Positions 62,144 through 64,000 of a DNA stretch of 64,000 nt are shown in pieces. The position numbers and the translations under genes were made by a program. The notes beneath the pieces were generated by a model. It had not been told where the DNA came from. It made no database searches and saw nothing but the letters and a program-made list of their open reading frames with translations. This DNA comes from Macrostomum lignano (Eukaryota): assembly GCA_002269645.1 (NCBI GenBank), contig NIVC01001532.1, positions 142,384 to 206,383 on the forward strand, in the 5' to 3' direction. How positions within the stretch are numbered: the first letter of the stretch is position 1; the number at the start of each line of letters is the position of its first letter.

Positions 62144-62228
62144 GCTGTTCAGTCCAAACACTGGGGAGGGGGGGGGGGTCGCCACACACACCCTCAATTA
62201 CCCCAGCTAATGGTGGCACCCATTTTAC
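62144..62228 (-). mobile_element. Headless fragment of the same SINE family as 2820-3036
   Basis: GCTGTTCAGTCCA...GGGGGTCGCCACACACA.CCTCAA.TACCCCAGCTAATG.TGG.ACCCATTTTACA matches 2832-2908. Confidence 0.8.
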
Positions 62229-62289
62229 ACACCCGACTTCATCTTGACTTCATCACCTGATAATTGCGCTCTCAAACCTGCACCTGCAG

Positions 62290-62543
62290 GACACGATCAT
62301 AATGATTGACAGAGATCAGTCTGCAGCTCCCAGATCCCAGCTCCTACCCGTGATTTCCAATGAGGCCGACTGCTCAGCCGCAGGGGGCGCAGAAGTGCAT
62401 CAGCGGCGGTGCCAGAAGCTGCAGCCGGCAATCACGGGGCCCGACATGGCTCGGCGAATTGACAAGTTCTCTAGGAGAATGTTCCACTGAGCTTCCTGTT
62501 GTTCAATGTTGTGTATTGGGTGTACTATCTGATCATTGCCTGA
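62290..62543 (+). CDS. Channel 2 terminal exon with M4 (apparent 1-bp deletion near 62484)
   Basis: ctgcAG acceptor, then ...ARRIDKFSRRMF. Adding one C gives P-LSFLLFNVVYWVYYLIIA*, a canonical M4. Confidence 0.85.
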
Positions 62544-62589
62544 GCTCTGGCTCGCGTGCTACATTTGACTTTTCTGTGAACTTAGTACT

Positions 62590-62600
62590 CAGACAAACAA

Positions 62601-62651
<51 letters not shown>

Positions 62652-62659
62652 GGCAAACT

Positions 62660-62705
<46 letters not shown>

Positions 62706-62706
62706 T

Positions 62707-62737
<31 letters not shown>

Positions 62738-62752
62738 TAGACAGACAGACAG

Positions 62753-62787
<35 letters not shown>

Positions 62788-62824
62788 GACAGACAGACAC
62801 ACACACACAGACGGACAGACAGAT

Positions 62825-62855
<31 letters not shown>

Positions 62856-62870
62856 TAGACAGACAGACAG

Positions 62871-62905
<35 letters not shown>

Positions 62906-62980
62906 GACAGACAGACACACACACACAGACGGACAGACACACAGACAGACAGACACACAGACAGACAGACACACAGACAC

Positions 62981-63015
<35 letters not shown>

Positions 63016-63090
63016 GGACAGACACACAGACAGACAGACGGACAGACAGACAGACAGACACACAGACAGACACACAGACATGCAGACAGA
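62590..63090. repeat. (GACA)n array downstream of channel 2
   Basis: Directly visible. Confidence 0.95.
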
Positions 63091-63759
63091 CACGTATAGG
63101 TAGAAAATGGTTCTTACACTTATATCAGTACCGAGAAACATACTTCATGTACATGTATATATATCGCATGCATCATGCTACAACAGTAGACAATGCATAT
63201 TATCAGTAGCAGTAGCCACTTTCGTCTAAGTAGACTTTAACCGAATTTTTTTTTCGAATATAAATTGAAACTGATAAATAGCACTACTTATTGTCAGTAG
63301 CACTAGCGCACATATTCTCGTCAATTTAAAATCGTGCCTGTCAAGTTGCTGTGTGCAATTATTAACGCACTTCCGCCAGGAAATTCCAGTTCCAAACCGG
63401 ATCAGCTCTGCCTTGGATCCGGGTGGAACGGGTCAGGGAATATGTAAGGACTTAGAGAAAGAGAGGAAAGGACTGTTGAGAATAGAATTGAGTACGCTTT
63501 GCTTCCTGATATACATTTTCGCTTGCACATATACGAGCACAAGTCTATGTTGTACGAGCACAAGCTTACTCAAGTCAAGTATGCATGTCAGTTCCAACTG
63601 GCAGTGCAGAGTGCAGATTTGCTAGCTTACATTGAAAGGTCAAATTTCTGTATATACTAAATCCATCAAAACAGCTTAATTCGGAAACAACTTTACAAGT
63701 CTCGTGTAACTTTAATAATCTCATGATTTGACTGCACAGATTCGTTCAGAACCTACCCC

Positions 63760-64000
63760 TAGAATCGGCCCTAGACTACACTAATAGAATCAGCACTAGG
63801 CAACACTAAGAGAATCGGCCCTAGACGGCGAAAACAAAAAAATAACCACTAAAAAAATTTTAGGGGGAATCGGCCCTAGACTACACTAAGAGAATTGCCC
63901 TAGACTTCACGCATAGAATCGGCCTAGACTACACTAGAGAATCGGCCCTAGACTACACTAATAGGAAATCGCACTTAAGACTAACTACGGAATCGGCCCT
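63760..64000. repeat. Degenerate repeat with core GAATCGGCCCTAGACTACACTA, running off the window edge
   Basis: Core seen at least five times. Confidence 0.75.

Overview
Eukaryotic (animal) genomic DNA in which most of the window is micro- and minisatellite arrays separating short GC-rich, polyQ-rich exons. The style suggests a flatworm such as Macrostomum, but that is inference only. Genes: the last two exons of a WD40-repeat gene (+, 15-1380); an intronless PTB/PID-domain gene (-, 11865-12656); an intronless neuropeptide-type class A GPCR (-, 32079-33551); a divergent Cys-loop anion channel with two coding exons (-, 43430-41215); an intronless, motif-degenerate FMRFamide-receptor-like GPCR (+, 45611-46825); and an ~11-exon GlyR/GluCl-like chloride channel (+, 53649-62543). 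The 3' exon of the minus-strand channel is tandemly duplicated between (TCTG)n arrays. The second copy carries an uninterrupted 1.6-kb LINE (RT C-terminus, RNase H, Zn knuckle, (CAA)n tail, candidate 14-bp TSD) inserted in sense and in frame into its polyQ tract. Other mobile or RNA elements: a Penelope-like GIY-YIG fragment with ~39-bp inverted termini and a minimal hammerhead ribozyme (54704-54759, -), a second orphan minimal hammerhead (16050-16090, +), and a tRNA-headed CORE-type SINE (2820-3036, -) with a fragment at 62144-62228. Most long ORFs in the track are repeat artefacts. Several small frameshifts in homopolymer or dinucleotide runs may be long-read errors. Repeat boundaries are approximate. 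All alignments and folds were done by eye and no database searches were run.
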